Source of the DNA: a virus
Taxonomy: Duplodnaviria; Heunggongvirae; Uroviricota; Caudoviricetes
Virus record (IMG/VR): IMGVR_UViG_2923355181_000001
Reading direction: 5' to 3' (one strand)
DNA: 42,980 nucleotides
Under the pieces are notes generated by a model. That model was not told where the DNA came from, ran no database searches, and was given only the letters and a program-made list of their open reading frames with translations. Numbering within the stretch: position 1 is the first letter of the stretch; every line of letters starts with the position of its first letter. Made by a program: the position numbers and the translations under genes. Positions 1 through 7,909 of the stretch are shown piece by piece.

Positions 1-50
1 TCGTTTCGGCGCAATTTTCAGCAAACGATCAAAAGTGGTGAAAAATATCG

Positions 51-78
51 TTGACTCATCGCGCCAGGTAAGTAGAAT
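51..78 (+). promoter_or_regulatory. candidate sigma70 promoter of the tRNA operon
   Basis: TTGACT (51-56), 16-nt spacer, TAGAAT (73-78), GC-rich discriminator; about 70 nt upstream of tRNA-Gly. Confidence 0.45.
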
Positions 79-151
79 GCAACGCATCGAACGGCGGCAC
101 TGATTGCCAGACGATAATAAAATCAAGTGATTAACTGATTGCTTGATGAAT

Positions 152-227
<76 letters not shown>

Positions 228-280
228 GTTTAAAAGGCATCGGCGTCAGCGGATGTCTGGCTGAAAGGCCTGAAGAATTT

Positions 281-354
281 GGCGCGTTAACAAAGCGGTT
301 ATGTAGCGGATTGCAAATCCGTCTAGTCCGGTTCGACTCCGGAACGCGCCTCCA
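281..354 (+). tRNA. cysT: tRNA-Cys (GCA)
   Basis: GGCGCGTTAACAAAGCGGTTATGTAGCGGATTGCAAATCC...GCGCCTCCA; GCA anticodon in loop, CCA end. Confidence 0.93.
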
Positions 355-366
355 CTTTTTTCCCGA

Positions 367-453
367 GCCCGGATGGTGGAATCGGTAGACACAAGGGATT
401 TAAAATCCCTCGGCGTTCGCGCTGTGCGGGTTCAAGTCCCGCTCCGGGTACCA
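367..453 (+). tRNA. leuZ: tRNA-Leu (UAA), class II with long variable arm
   Basis: GCCCGGATGGTGGAATCGGTAGACACAAGGGATTTAAAATCCC...GGGTACCA; 87 nt, UAA anticodon; immediately precedes the prophage integrase. Confidence 0.92.
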
Positions 454-496
454 TGGGAAAGATAAGAATAAAATCAAAGCAATAAGCAGTGTCGTG

Positions 497-522
497 AAAC
501 CACCTTCGGGTGGTTTTTTTGT
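497..522 (+). terminator. Rho-independent terminator of the tRNA operon
   Basis: Hairpin AACCACC-ttcg-GGTGGTT followed by a T7 run. Confidence 0.8.
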
Positions 523-583
523 ATCTTCTTTCTCATTTCCGAAGATGCGTCCGAAGATGATTTTTCTCTGGACGCATCATCAT

Positions 584-1630
584 TCATTTTCTCTGGCCAC
601 CAACTACGGGCACTACTTTAACTTTCCGGTCATATGCTGCTGTCTGTCGCGGGTTCTTATGCCCGGAAATTGCTTGCTTCTCTTCCAGGCTGCCTTCCAG
701 ATCAGAGATACCTTTTGCTTTCAGATCATGAAATGTGAAGTCTATTTGCAGATGAGGATATTTTTCCTGTGCTGCCGCTTTGACATCACGCCAACGAGAG
801 TTAAAACCATCACGGGTATACTTGCCACCGGTAGTTTGATGAATCACAAACAGGCTACTGATTCCCGTTTTTAATGGCAGAGAACGAGCCAGAGCTATCG
901 CTTTCTGCAGACGAGGCGACCAGGCTTTGATTTGCTTAACGCCGGTTTTTCCCTGACGAATGTAGATCCCGGAATCGAACAGCTGGTCTTTCTGCAATGA
1001 AAGTACATCACTCTGTCTGGCCACGCATAAGTAGGCAATCTCCATTGCTACGCGAACAACATCAGGAGACACTTCATAAACGGCCTGATATTCTTCATCC
1101 GTAATATAACGTTCGCGAGCTTTCTCTTTAAACTGTTTAACTCCCTGACAAGGATTCCTCTGAACATAACCTCGTTCATAACCCCAACGGAATACCCGGG
1201 ACATAAAGCTTTTTTCCCTGTTTGCCTGAGTTCGGCTTGATAAACCGCGTTGATCCATATAGCGCCGAATATGTTCAGGTTTGATTTTATCCGGGTCGAT
1301 CTTCCCGAAGACAGGCAGAACTTTTCCGGAATATTTTGTGTAGTCTTTCCGGGTTTCGACTGCCAAATCCATAAAATCAGGGGAGGTCATGAATTGTTCC
1401 GTGAGCGCCTGAAAAGTATTTCTTTCTTTTTCGTCACCGACCGCTTTTTCATATGCCAGCCATACGGCTGATCGTGGTGCATCCAATGCGCACAGGCGTA
1501 TCGCTTTGTTATCTTTATTCCTGAATTCGTAGGCCGCTTTGCCCTGGTAAACACGAGGCGGCATCCAGTTATCTGCTGGGTTCTTTCTCTTTCCGGCCAT
1601 TAAATATTGCTCCAAAATCAGGTTCATCAT
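584..1630 (-). CDS. int: phage tyrosine integrase (site-specific recombinase)
   Basis: 348-aa ORF; C-terminal HDLKAKGIS...GHKNPRQTAAYDRK resembles the His/Arg/Tyr catalytic region of lambda-type integrases; 3' end abuts the tRNA-Leu 3' side. Confidence 0.9.
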   Translation of the reverse strand: MMNLILEQYLMAGKRKNPADNWMPPRVYQGKAAYEFRNKDNKAIRLCALDAPRSAVWLAYEKAVGDEKERNTFQALTEQFMTSPDFMDLAVETRKDYTKYSGKVLPVFGKIDPDKIKPEHIRRYMDQRGLSSRTQANREKSFMSRVFRWGYERGYVQRNPCQGVKQFKEKARERYITDEEYQAVYEVSPDVVRVAMEIAYLCVARQSDVLSLQKDQLFDSGIYIRQGKTGVKQIKAWSPRLQKAIALARSLPLKTGISSLFVIHQTTGGKYTRDGFNSRWRDVKAAAQEKYPHLQIDFTFHDLKAKGISDLEGSLEEKQAISGHKNPRQTAAYDRKVKVVPVVGGQRK

Positions 1631-1832
1631 CTTTTCGCGTCGTCACCTCCTGTAAATTGCGAAATTTTATTGGGTTCATGAAATGGCCCCAGGTTGTTTT
1701 TGGGTGTCCGTCAGCCCTTTCCATGAAGAAAATTCCAGCCCGGCGAAGAGCCTCACATTGCTTTGATTTAAGTGGGCTTCCCGTCAGCTCGACCATTTCT
1801 TCTCTGGTGATTATGTCGTGATCGCTTTTCAT
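1569..1832 (-). CDS. xis: excisionase-like small DNA-binding protein
   Basis: 87-aa ORF directly upstream of and overlapping int start (classical xis-int arrangement); start preceded by ATGAGGAAAGACC motif; family assignment by position and size. Confidence 0.5.
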   Translation of the reverse strand: MKSDHDIITREEMVELTGSPLKSKQCEALRRAGIFFMERADGHPKTTWGHFMNPIKFRNLQEVTTRKDDEPDFGAIFNGRKEKEPSR

Positions 1833-1992
1833 GGTCTTTCCTCATTATGTAGCTTATTGCGTCATCTGCCTTCTGGCAGGCACGGGCAATATCAGACTCG
1901 GTCAAAGTCTGTTTCCTGACGCTGGCCGACAGTCGACCAATTTTGATATCAAATGCGGAGAGCAGAGTTGCTCCCGGTTGCCATCGCAGCAT
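1768..1992 (-). CDS. hypothetical small protein
   Basis: Track ORF begins at TTG 2022; internal ATG at 1992 is preceded by GGAGG; overlaps xis start by about 65 nt so may not be real. Confidence 0.3.
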   Translation of the reverse strand: MLRWQPGATLLSAFDIKIGRLSASVRKQTLTESDIARACQKADDAISYIMRKDHEKRSRHNHQRRNGRADGKPT

Positions 1993-2041
1993 TGTGATCC
2001 TCCGGTGTCTGGTGAATCGCAATGCTAGCGATGGTGAGTTT

Positions 2042-2224
2042 TTATTTCTGATTAGGCGTAATCAGTTCTTGTGGGGTGAATGCCGATTTCTCCCGAGTGA
2101 CCTTAATGTTTTCTGGCAGGTGTAGCCCAAGTTCGCAGCGGCTCCGTGCTTCAATAATGCCATTGGTACCATCGGCAAGTACCAGGTGAACCGCGTCACC
2201 ACGCTTTAATGTGAGTTTAAGCAT
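2042..2224 (-). CDS. hypothetical small protein
   Basis: 60-aa ORF whose ATG overlaps the stop of the upstream gene (TAATG coupling). Confidence 0.4.
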   Translation of the reverse strand: MLKLTLKRGDAVHLVLADGTNGIIEARSRCELGLHLPENIKVTREKSAFTPQELITPNQK

Positions 2225-2793
2225 TAGCGTATCCTCAGTGACCGTTCGCCGCGTTCCAGATGTGCGCCTGGTACCGGGTTTAATAACTCGGCTGGTGGTG
2301 TTTCTCCACGCGCCAGTATTTCGGCGGCAACCGCCTCCGCAGATTCAATCACTTCTTTAATGGCTCGCTTGTTTGGTGTAATAACCGTTTCTACATCAAC
2401 AAGTGACACGCCCTCATACTCATCCGGGATCTTATCTTTGCTATCGATAATTACCCGGATAGCCCCCTGTGCATCAGTAAATGTGTTTTTTGCGGTTTTC
2501 AGTTTATCCAGGCCAGCAGCTTGCAGGCAGGTGAGCATATGCTTTCGAATTGCTTTTTCCTTGCCTTCAAAGGACGTCTTACGGGTTGCCAGGCGAGACA
2601 TTTCTTCAGCGCAGGTATTGGCATTGCCCTGTAAATTACGGCAGATGACCATCATGGCGTCCAGTTTGTCTCCCAGTTCTCCTTCCATGCCTTCAAGCGT
2701 GTCGGCGATCATCTCTGGCGTCAGTTCATCGGCGGTTTCTAACAGGTCAATCAGACTGGCATATTCTTTTGCAATAGCGATAGCAGTGCTCAT
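2224..2793 (-). CDS. hypothetical early-left protein (possibly Gp157-like)
   Basis: 189-aa ORF; ATGA overlap with stop of the annealase gene; no motif I can assign confidently. Confidence 0.55.
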   Translation of the reverse strand: MSTAIAIAKEYASLIDLLETADELTPEMIADTLEGMEGELGDKLDAMMVICRNLQGNANTCAEEMSRLATRKTSFEGKEKAIRKHMLTCLQAAGLDKLKTAKNTFTDAQGAIRVIIDSKDKIPDEYEGVSLVDVETVITPNKRAIKEVIESAEAVAAEILARGETPPAELLNPVPGAHLERGERSLRIR

Positions 2794-5006
2794 GCTGTTT
2801 GCTCCTGTGCAGCGGTAAGGGCGGCGAGGCGTTCAGTTTTAATGTCGGTGATACGGCGCAGACGTGATCCCAGATACGATGAATATTCTTTATCGCCTTT
2901 GGTTTCCGCTGCTTTCCTGTGTACATCCACTTCGCGGGCGATGAGGCCAAATACCTTGTTTACTTCGTTGGCGGTTACCGCGGCGGCCAGCGTATTGGCA
3001 ACGTTGATAAGCTTCTCATCCAGTTCCTTACGCAGACGGGTAGCATCTTCCGCATTCTCGCTGGCATTCTTGATATCAAACTCAGCTTTATTCCTCTGGC
3101 GGTATTCCGGATTGTCGTACAGGCCCATGAAAATATCGGCGCTGAATCCGAGAGGGGATAGCGCTTTCTTAACAGCATCCGTCCAGGATTTCTTCGGTGC
3201 TTCGCCGTCGCTTGTTGGTCCGTATTTAGTGTCGTAGATATAAGGTGTGCATCCGTAAGCCTCGGACTCACCGCGTACCCCATTCAATATGTACCAGACT
3301 CTCACTTTCATGGTGTGGTGCATTTCACATAGGTACCCGCCAACACCGTCTTGAATCAGATCCCATTCTATTTTTTCACCAACCTGTTTTTTGCGAACTA
3401 TTGGTGCGCCTTTATCAAAGCGCTCCTCCAGCACCTCTACCCCCCAGCCAATACCAAATGGCCCAAATTCGCGAGTCGCTTTCATCGCTATATAAGTGCC
3501 GTTGATGGATGTGCCGCCGCCATTCTGAGAGAAAGCACTGGTGAAGCGCTCATCGGTTTTGAATACGTTCTTCCACAATGCCAGGTTATCCGTGTCATCT
3601 GAGTCCTTTAACTCCGTTTCGATAGCTGAGATTGCATTCTGCCGCTTGTGCTCTTCGGCATGGATCCGCTCAACCAGCGCGTCAACGTTCTGCACCAGAT
3701 CCTTTACCTGCTCGCTAAGTTGTTCTTGTGGAGGAGTCTCTTCTGCCAGGGTAATAGCTGCAGGTTCCCTCTGTGATACGGCGTTATTTTCAGGTACGTC
3801 ATACACATGGCGAGGCGTGACAAACTGCTCACGCAACTGCTGCAAACTACGTTCTCCAGCATTTGCAGCTTCGCTTTTTTCGCCCTGATTTGAGGGTGTT
3901 TCTGACATCATCCCATCAATTGAGAATCGTCCGCCGCCGTGGTTGGTGACTTTTACATCATCCTTGGGTGCTGCTTCCTTTGGCTTCTCTTCAACAGCAT
4001 TTGCATCACGCTGCCCGTTAGCTTGCAGCCAGTTGTCGATGTGACTGCGCAGGGATTGTGGGAAGTGGTACGTGTCTTTTGCGGGGGCGCTCTGAATAAC
4101 ACCGAATACTGATGCGCGGTCATAGGCAAGGATCTGATCCGTTGTGCGCAAGGCCATTGACCAGCGTTTAAAATCTTCCCTGTCCTGACTGATTATTTCG
4201 TCTGCCGCTTTCAGGATGCTGGGGGTGATTTTTTCCGGGGCAACAGGTAACAGGGCGCAGGCAATTTCACGATCCAGAGTGGCGTGAGTCTGTTTGTAAG
4301 GACGTGCGGATGCTGTTTCTGGTTTTACCTCCGGCAGCATTTCATCTCGTTTACCGGGATTCTCTACCCATTTTTTTATAAATTTGGAGATAGTCCAACT
4401 GGTCGGGTTTTGTTCCTGGGTATCGCAACTTGCCAAAATTGCATGTACCAGATTATTCAATCCAGCAATATGCATGTACTCGATGGGCTTACACGCCACC
4501 ATGGCATCAAGAACGATGCGGTTAAACGCGTCAACCTCATCCTCACTGTCAGTATCACTGTTATCGAGCATCTCCAGGTATTCACGCGTCTGCACAAGCA
4601 ATTCACTGTCGACTTCGTTGGCGTCGTGGCTGAACAGCAGAACGGCGGCGAATCGTTCACGAGCCGGCAGTTTCATCAGGTCGCTAACCTGTGAGATATC
4701 TGCTGAACTGCAATCTGAATCAACAGGAGTGTTAACTACCCATTTTTCGCCATCAAAACTGTGTTCTGTGGCAAACGTCTCATCAAACTCACCGACGCCT
4801 GGGCGCGGTTGGCCCGGGGCATCTTCCCAGATTTTAGGTTTGAAATAGTTGTCGCCGTGGTCAGGGTAGGCTTCCCACAATTTGCCGATGATGATGTTCT
4901 CGGCAACTTTTTTGTTAGGGGCGGCGATGGCGATGGCCAGCGCCGGGATCGCGCCGTTTTTGAGCGCGCCTTTTTTCGCTTCTAACAAGCCGTTAAAAAT
5001 GGTCAT
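2790..5006 (-). CDS. large recombination protein with Rad52-like single-strand annealing domain plus about 470-aa N-terminal region of unknown function
   Basis: 738-aa uninterrupted ORF; residues about 470-620 (...SQNGGGTSINGTYIAMKATREFGPFGIGWGVEV...KKSWTDAVKKALSPLGFSADIF) resemble the Rad52 N-terminal core; start has ATGAGGAAAGACCAATG context. Confidence 0.65.
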   Translation of the reverse strand: MTIFNGLLEAKKGALKNGAIPALAIAIAAPNKKVAENIIIGKLWEAYPDHGDNYFKPKIWEDAPGQPRPGVGEFDETFATEHSFDGEKWVVNTPVDSDCSSADISQVSDLMKLPARERFAAVLLFSHDANEVDSELLVQTREYLEMLDNSDTDSEDEVDAFNRIVLDAMVACKPIEYMHIAGLNNLVHAILASCDTQEQNPTSWTISKFIKKWVENPGKRDEMLPEVKPETASARPYKQTHATLDREIACALLPVAPEKITPSILKAADEIISQDREDFKRWSMALRTTDQILAYDRASVFGVIQSAPAKDTYHFPQSLRSHIDNWLQANGQRDANAVEEKPKEAAPKDDVKVTNHGGGRFSIDGMMSETPSNQGEKSEAANAGERSLQQLREQFVTPRHVYDVPENNAVSQREPAAITLAEETPPQEQLSEQVKDLVQNVDALVERIHAEEHKRQNAISAIETELKDSDDTDNLALWKNVFKTDERFTSAFSQNGGGTSINGTYIAMKATREFGPFGIGWGVEVLEERFDKGAPIVRKKQVGEKIEWDLIQDGVGGYLCEMHHTMKVRVWYILNGVRGESEAYGCTPYIYDTKYGPTSDGEAPKKSWTDAVKKALSPLGFSADIFMGLYDNPEYRQRNKAEFDIKNASENAEDATRLRKELDEKLINVANTLAAAVTANEVNKVFGLIAREVDVHRKAAETKGDKEYSSYLGSRLRRITDIKTERLAALTAAQEQTA

Positions 5007-5036
5007 TGGTCTTTCCTCATTACAGGTCAGTGGTTT

Positions 5037-5357
5037 TTAGTAGGGGAGCTCATCGGTATCTGGCGTGTATTCGATGCAAAGTAACTGCTGGATTTTGTCA
5101 TCGATAGCAGCAATACGCTGTTGGGCGTCGGCGACTGTTTTCTGTTTTTGTTCACGCAGTTGCTCGACCTGTAAACCGATGATGTCGATTGGCTCGGGCT
5201 GGTTAACGGTAATTTCAATTTCGCGGCTTTCCAGAAGGATGTACCTGTCTGGAAAATTTTTTGACATATCAACAGTCGCAACAAGCAGCTTTTCGTGGCT
5301 GAAAGTTGAAGTTGCATAATGAATAAAGAGTGTTACTGGGATGGTGCGCGCTTCCAT
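5037..5357 (-). CDS. hypothetical early-left protein
   Basis: 106-aa ORF, AGGAG 5 nt upstream of ATG; first gene after the long leader. Confidence 0.55.
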   Translation of the reverse strand: MEARTIPVTLFIHYATSTFSHEKLLVATVDMSKNFPDRYILLESREIEITVNQPEPIDIIGLQVEQLREQKQKTVADAQQRIAAIDDKIQQLLCIEYTPDTDELPY

Positions 5358-6222
5358 AGCGACTCCTTGGTAATGTATACTCAGAGCCGATCAGCGAATA
5401 TTGATCAGCTTCCATAGCGTCAGTGTCGTTGGTCTTTCCTCATCACAAGTTTGGTCACTTGTGATAAATCCGAATGGTTTGGTCGCCGTTCGGGGTAACT
5501 GGCCCGCCTTGTGCGGGTCTTTTGCTATCTAAAGGGTGCCGGTTACGTTTCCGGCGTCGTTATGTTTCCATTACGACCGTACAGGGCTGGTCAGGCCCGG
5601 GCTGGTCTTTCCTGTTTTGAGCTGGTCAGGCTCATGGTCAACGCTGGTCAGGCGTGGTACTTCCTCCGGTCTTTCCCTGGTGTCACGCTGCGGGTTTGGC
5701 CTCTCCTGTTGGGGACTCAGGCACAGCGATAAAACCTGGCTGTGTGAAAAAATGGCCCATCGTGCGGACTGGGCAAAGACTAAACACAGCAAATTGATGA
5801 TGGGCGCCCGGAATCGAACCGGGTAACGGGCAGGGAGTTCCCGTTAAACACCTGTTCACCACAACCGGGAGCGCACTCCGCCATTTCAAAATTTAACGAC
5901 AAAGCTCAAAGTTGAGTCGATGAAGTGCGCTCTCGTGTTGTAGCCAGGACTCTTCCCTGGTGGTCACACCGTATCGCCTTGATGGTGAATCAATCGCTCA
6001 TACCTGGCTGTGGCTTGCACATTCCGGCTACCTGCTATGGAGACAACGCGTTAAGGCTCCGCTTCCATCCAGACCGCTTCGACACATGTGCCATATGCCG
6101 GTGAAGTCTTTCCCTCTGTCACCGTGTTGGCGCCGACGCGCAAAATTTGGTGCCGTCTTTCCGGCTGTCAGAACGTGTTTCTGAACAACTGCCGCTGGGT
6201 AAGCGTTGTTGATGAAAGTGAC

Positions 6223-6280
6223 TTTACAATTTGTATTTGTAATGGTCAATGTGTTTTTAAAAAATAATTTGTAGTGAGGG
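6223..6280. promoter_or_regulatory. candidate left operator/promoter (OL/pL-like)
   Basis: Repeated AATTTGTA cores (TACAATTTGTA, TTTGTAATGG, AATTTGTAGTG) just beyond the repressor 3' end; same core as in the repressor/cro intergenic region. Confidence 0.4.
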
Positions 6281-6367
6281 GCAAAAAAATATTCACTGTG
6301 TAAAGGTGTTTTTGTGTTAGGGGAAAGTTGCATGCCAGCAGCGGCTGGCCTGGAAATTTGAACTGAA

Positions 6368-6781
6368 CTATTTTGTCTGGTTTTTGGCTTCAAGTAGTTC
6401 TTTTAGCAGTAGATCGAAGTGCTCTCTTTTTTCTTTTAGCTCATTGATTAATTTATTTTTTTCGCTCTCAGGCAGTCCTCTGAATAGTTGCAGTAGAGCC
6501 TGTTCTTGCGGGGTTAGTTCTTGATTGTAATTACCCGGGTGTAGTGTGGATTCATCCAAATATTCCCCTTCATTCATGAAGAAAAAATGAACAGGGTATC
6601 CGGTCACTTTTGCTAGCTTGTCTAATTTATCTTTTCTTGGAGTTACCCCATTACACCATGCCTGAACTGATTGAGCCGTAACCCCAATATGGCGAGCTAA
6701 CTCAGATTGAGACCAGCCTAAGTCTTTTAGAATCCGTTGTAGTCGGCTAGCAAAAGCCATGTTTTTCGTTTTTGTGTTCAT
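6368..6781 (-). CDS. prophage repressor, HTH (XRE-type) without peptidase S24 domain
   Basis: HTH-like segment FASRLQRILKDLGWSQSELARHIGVTAQSVQAWCNG; divergent from a Cro-like gene; track ORF begins at TTG 6796, ATG 6781 or 6760 more likely (possibly leaderless). Confidence 0.7.
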   Translation of the reverse strand: MNTKTKNMAFASRLQRILKDLGWSQSELARHIGVTAQSVQAWCNGVTPRKDKLDKLAKVTGYPVHFFFMNEGEYLDESTLHPGNYNQELTPQEQALLQLFRGLPESEKNKLINELKEKREHFDLLLKELLEAKNQTK

Positions 6782-6798
6782 ACCGTAAGGATACAAGG

Positions 6799-6860
6799 TT
6801 TAATTGTAGGGAGCATTGCAAATATAATTTGTAATTACAGTTATTGTTTGTAATGATGAC
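6799..6860. promoter_or_regulatory. candidate right operator/promoter region (OR-like)
   Basis: Three spaced sites with TTGTA(A/G) core, including perfect palindrome TGTAATTACA (6830-6839); lies between divergent repressor and cro-like genes. Confidence 0.5.
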
Positions 6861-6879
6861 GCGGACACAAGGAGTCCAT

Positions 6880-7110
6880 ATGGATAAACAACTGCAAGAC
6901 AAAATTCTTTCCGTAATGAGTCAATCCGAGTTAGGGCGGCGATTAGGGAAAAAACCACAAACGGTAAGCCTCTGGTTCAAAGGACGGGTTCCCGGTGAAG
7001 AGGTTTTGCGCACATCTGAAGCTCTTGAATGGCGCGTGACCCCTCATGATCTTAGACCGGATCTTTACCCAAACCCAGATGACAGCTTGCCTAAAACGGA
7101 AGCAGCTTAA
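6880..7110 (+). CDS. Cro/YdaS-like small DNA-binding protein
   Basis: 76 aa from ATG 6880 with AAGGAG 6 nt upstream; HTH-like LGRRLGKKPQTVSLWFKGR; divergent from repressor. Confidence 0.6.
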   Translation: MDKQLQDKILSVMSQSELGRRLGKKPQTVSLWFKGRVPGEEVLRTSEALEWRVTPHDLRPDLYPNPDDSLPKTEAA

Positions 7111-7168
7111 CTGTTGGTGAGCCCCAAATCTGATTAAGCGTAATCAATTTTTAGCGACAGGAGACGCT

Positions 7169-7645
7169 ATGGAAAACCAAGAGGAATTACAAAAAGAGAT
7201 TTTGACCTGGGCGGCAAGGGCAGGGCAGGAACTCGTCACGATTGAAATCTGCCGGGCCTGGTTCAGTCAGGGACGCAATGATGAGTTGAGACTACATGAA
7301 TTTGAGGACGCGGACGGCAACGTGGACTGGAGAGCCATCAACAACAATCGGCAGAAAATCTTTCGCTGGTTACGTGGCGAGACAACGGCGGCGCGCCGAA
7401 AAACTCAGGTGCTGGCCAGTGTGATGAAAGCCGTGCTACCCGCAGAACGGCGGGCACGTCTGGAGTCGCCGGGCGATCCCGTTTTGCTGGCAACGCTGGC
7501 GGCAAAAGAAGGGGTGGAAGCGATTAACGCTGTACATCTCCACTTCGCGCCAGAGTTAACTATTCAGGAAATTGACGAAGCAATAGCGGCGCTGGTAGCG
7601 ACGCGAGGAGCAGTGATACGCACTGCGCAAGACCACCATGCATGA
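7169..7645 (+). CDS. YdaT-like / CII-position regulatory protein
   Basis: 158-aa ORF immediately after the cro-like gene, AGGAG RBS; family assignment is by position and size. Confidence 0.4.
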   Translation: MENQEELQKEILTWAARAGQELVTIEICRAWFSQGRNDELRLHEFEDADGNVDWRAINNNRQKIFRWLRGETTAARRKTQVLASVMKAVLPAERRARLESPGDPVLLATLAAKEGVEAINAVHLHFAPELTIQEIDEAIAALVATRGAVIRTAQDHHA

Positions 7646-7684
7646 GCGCCTGACCAGCGTTTAACTTATACCGAGGAAAGACCG

Positions 7685-7909
7685 ATGTTAAGACATATTG
7701 ACCGCATTACCTGGCGTAACGGCTGGCACCTGAATGGACGCCCGGCACATGTTGCAGAGATCCGCCCCATATTCGATGGCCGCGTCGCAGCTGCACGTTC
7801 TGTATGGGAAAAGTACGAAGAAGAAAAAGCGAAACTGCGTGAGCAAAATCTCTCTGGCGCTGCCTATGAGGCTGGCTGTCGCGTTCTCTCAGAGGCTTTG
7901 GGCATATGA
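7685..7909 (+). CDS. hypothetical protein
   Basis: 74-aa ORF preceded by conserved cassette GCCTGACCAGCGT...CCGAGGAAAGACCG-ATG. Confidence 0.45.
   Translation: MLRHIDRITWRNGWHLNGRPAHVAEIRPIFDGRVAAARSVWEKYEEEKAKLREQNLSGAAYEAGCRVLSEALGI

Noticed and set aside
494-874. 126-aa plus-strand ORF
   Set aside because: It covers the tRNA terminator and lies antisense to the 3' end of the integrase gene; no RBS, low-complexity translation.
2842-4848. Several 70-150-aa ORFs on the plus strand (2842-3237, 3541-3888, 4284-4694, 4384-4848)
   Set aside because: Shadow ORFs antisense to the long uninterrupted annealase gene; Ser/Ala/Cys-rich translations without start contexts.
5580-5680. CRISPR array or other regular tandem repeat
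   Set aside because: The CCTGACCAG and GGAAAGACC copies are irregularly spaced and differ in flanks; no repeat-spacer periodicity anywhere in the window.
5795-5885. Complete tRNA gene on the minus strand
   Set aside because: Only the T-arm is convincing; acceptor stem and anticodon arm could not be paired, so it is reported as tRNA-like only.
5511-5889. ORFs of 68-96 aa in the early-left leader on both strands
   Set aside because: Mutually overlapping, GTG-initiated, no RBS, translations dominated by the repeated GC motifs; treated as non-coding.
6028-6393. 121-aa minus-strand ORF overlapping the repressor 3' end
   Set aside because: Overlaps the operator cluster and repressor gene; low-complexity product.
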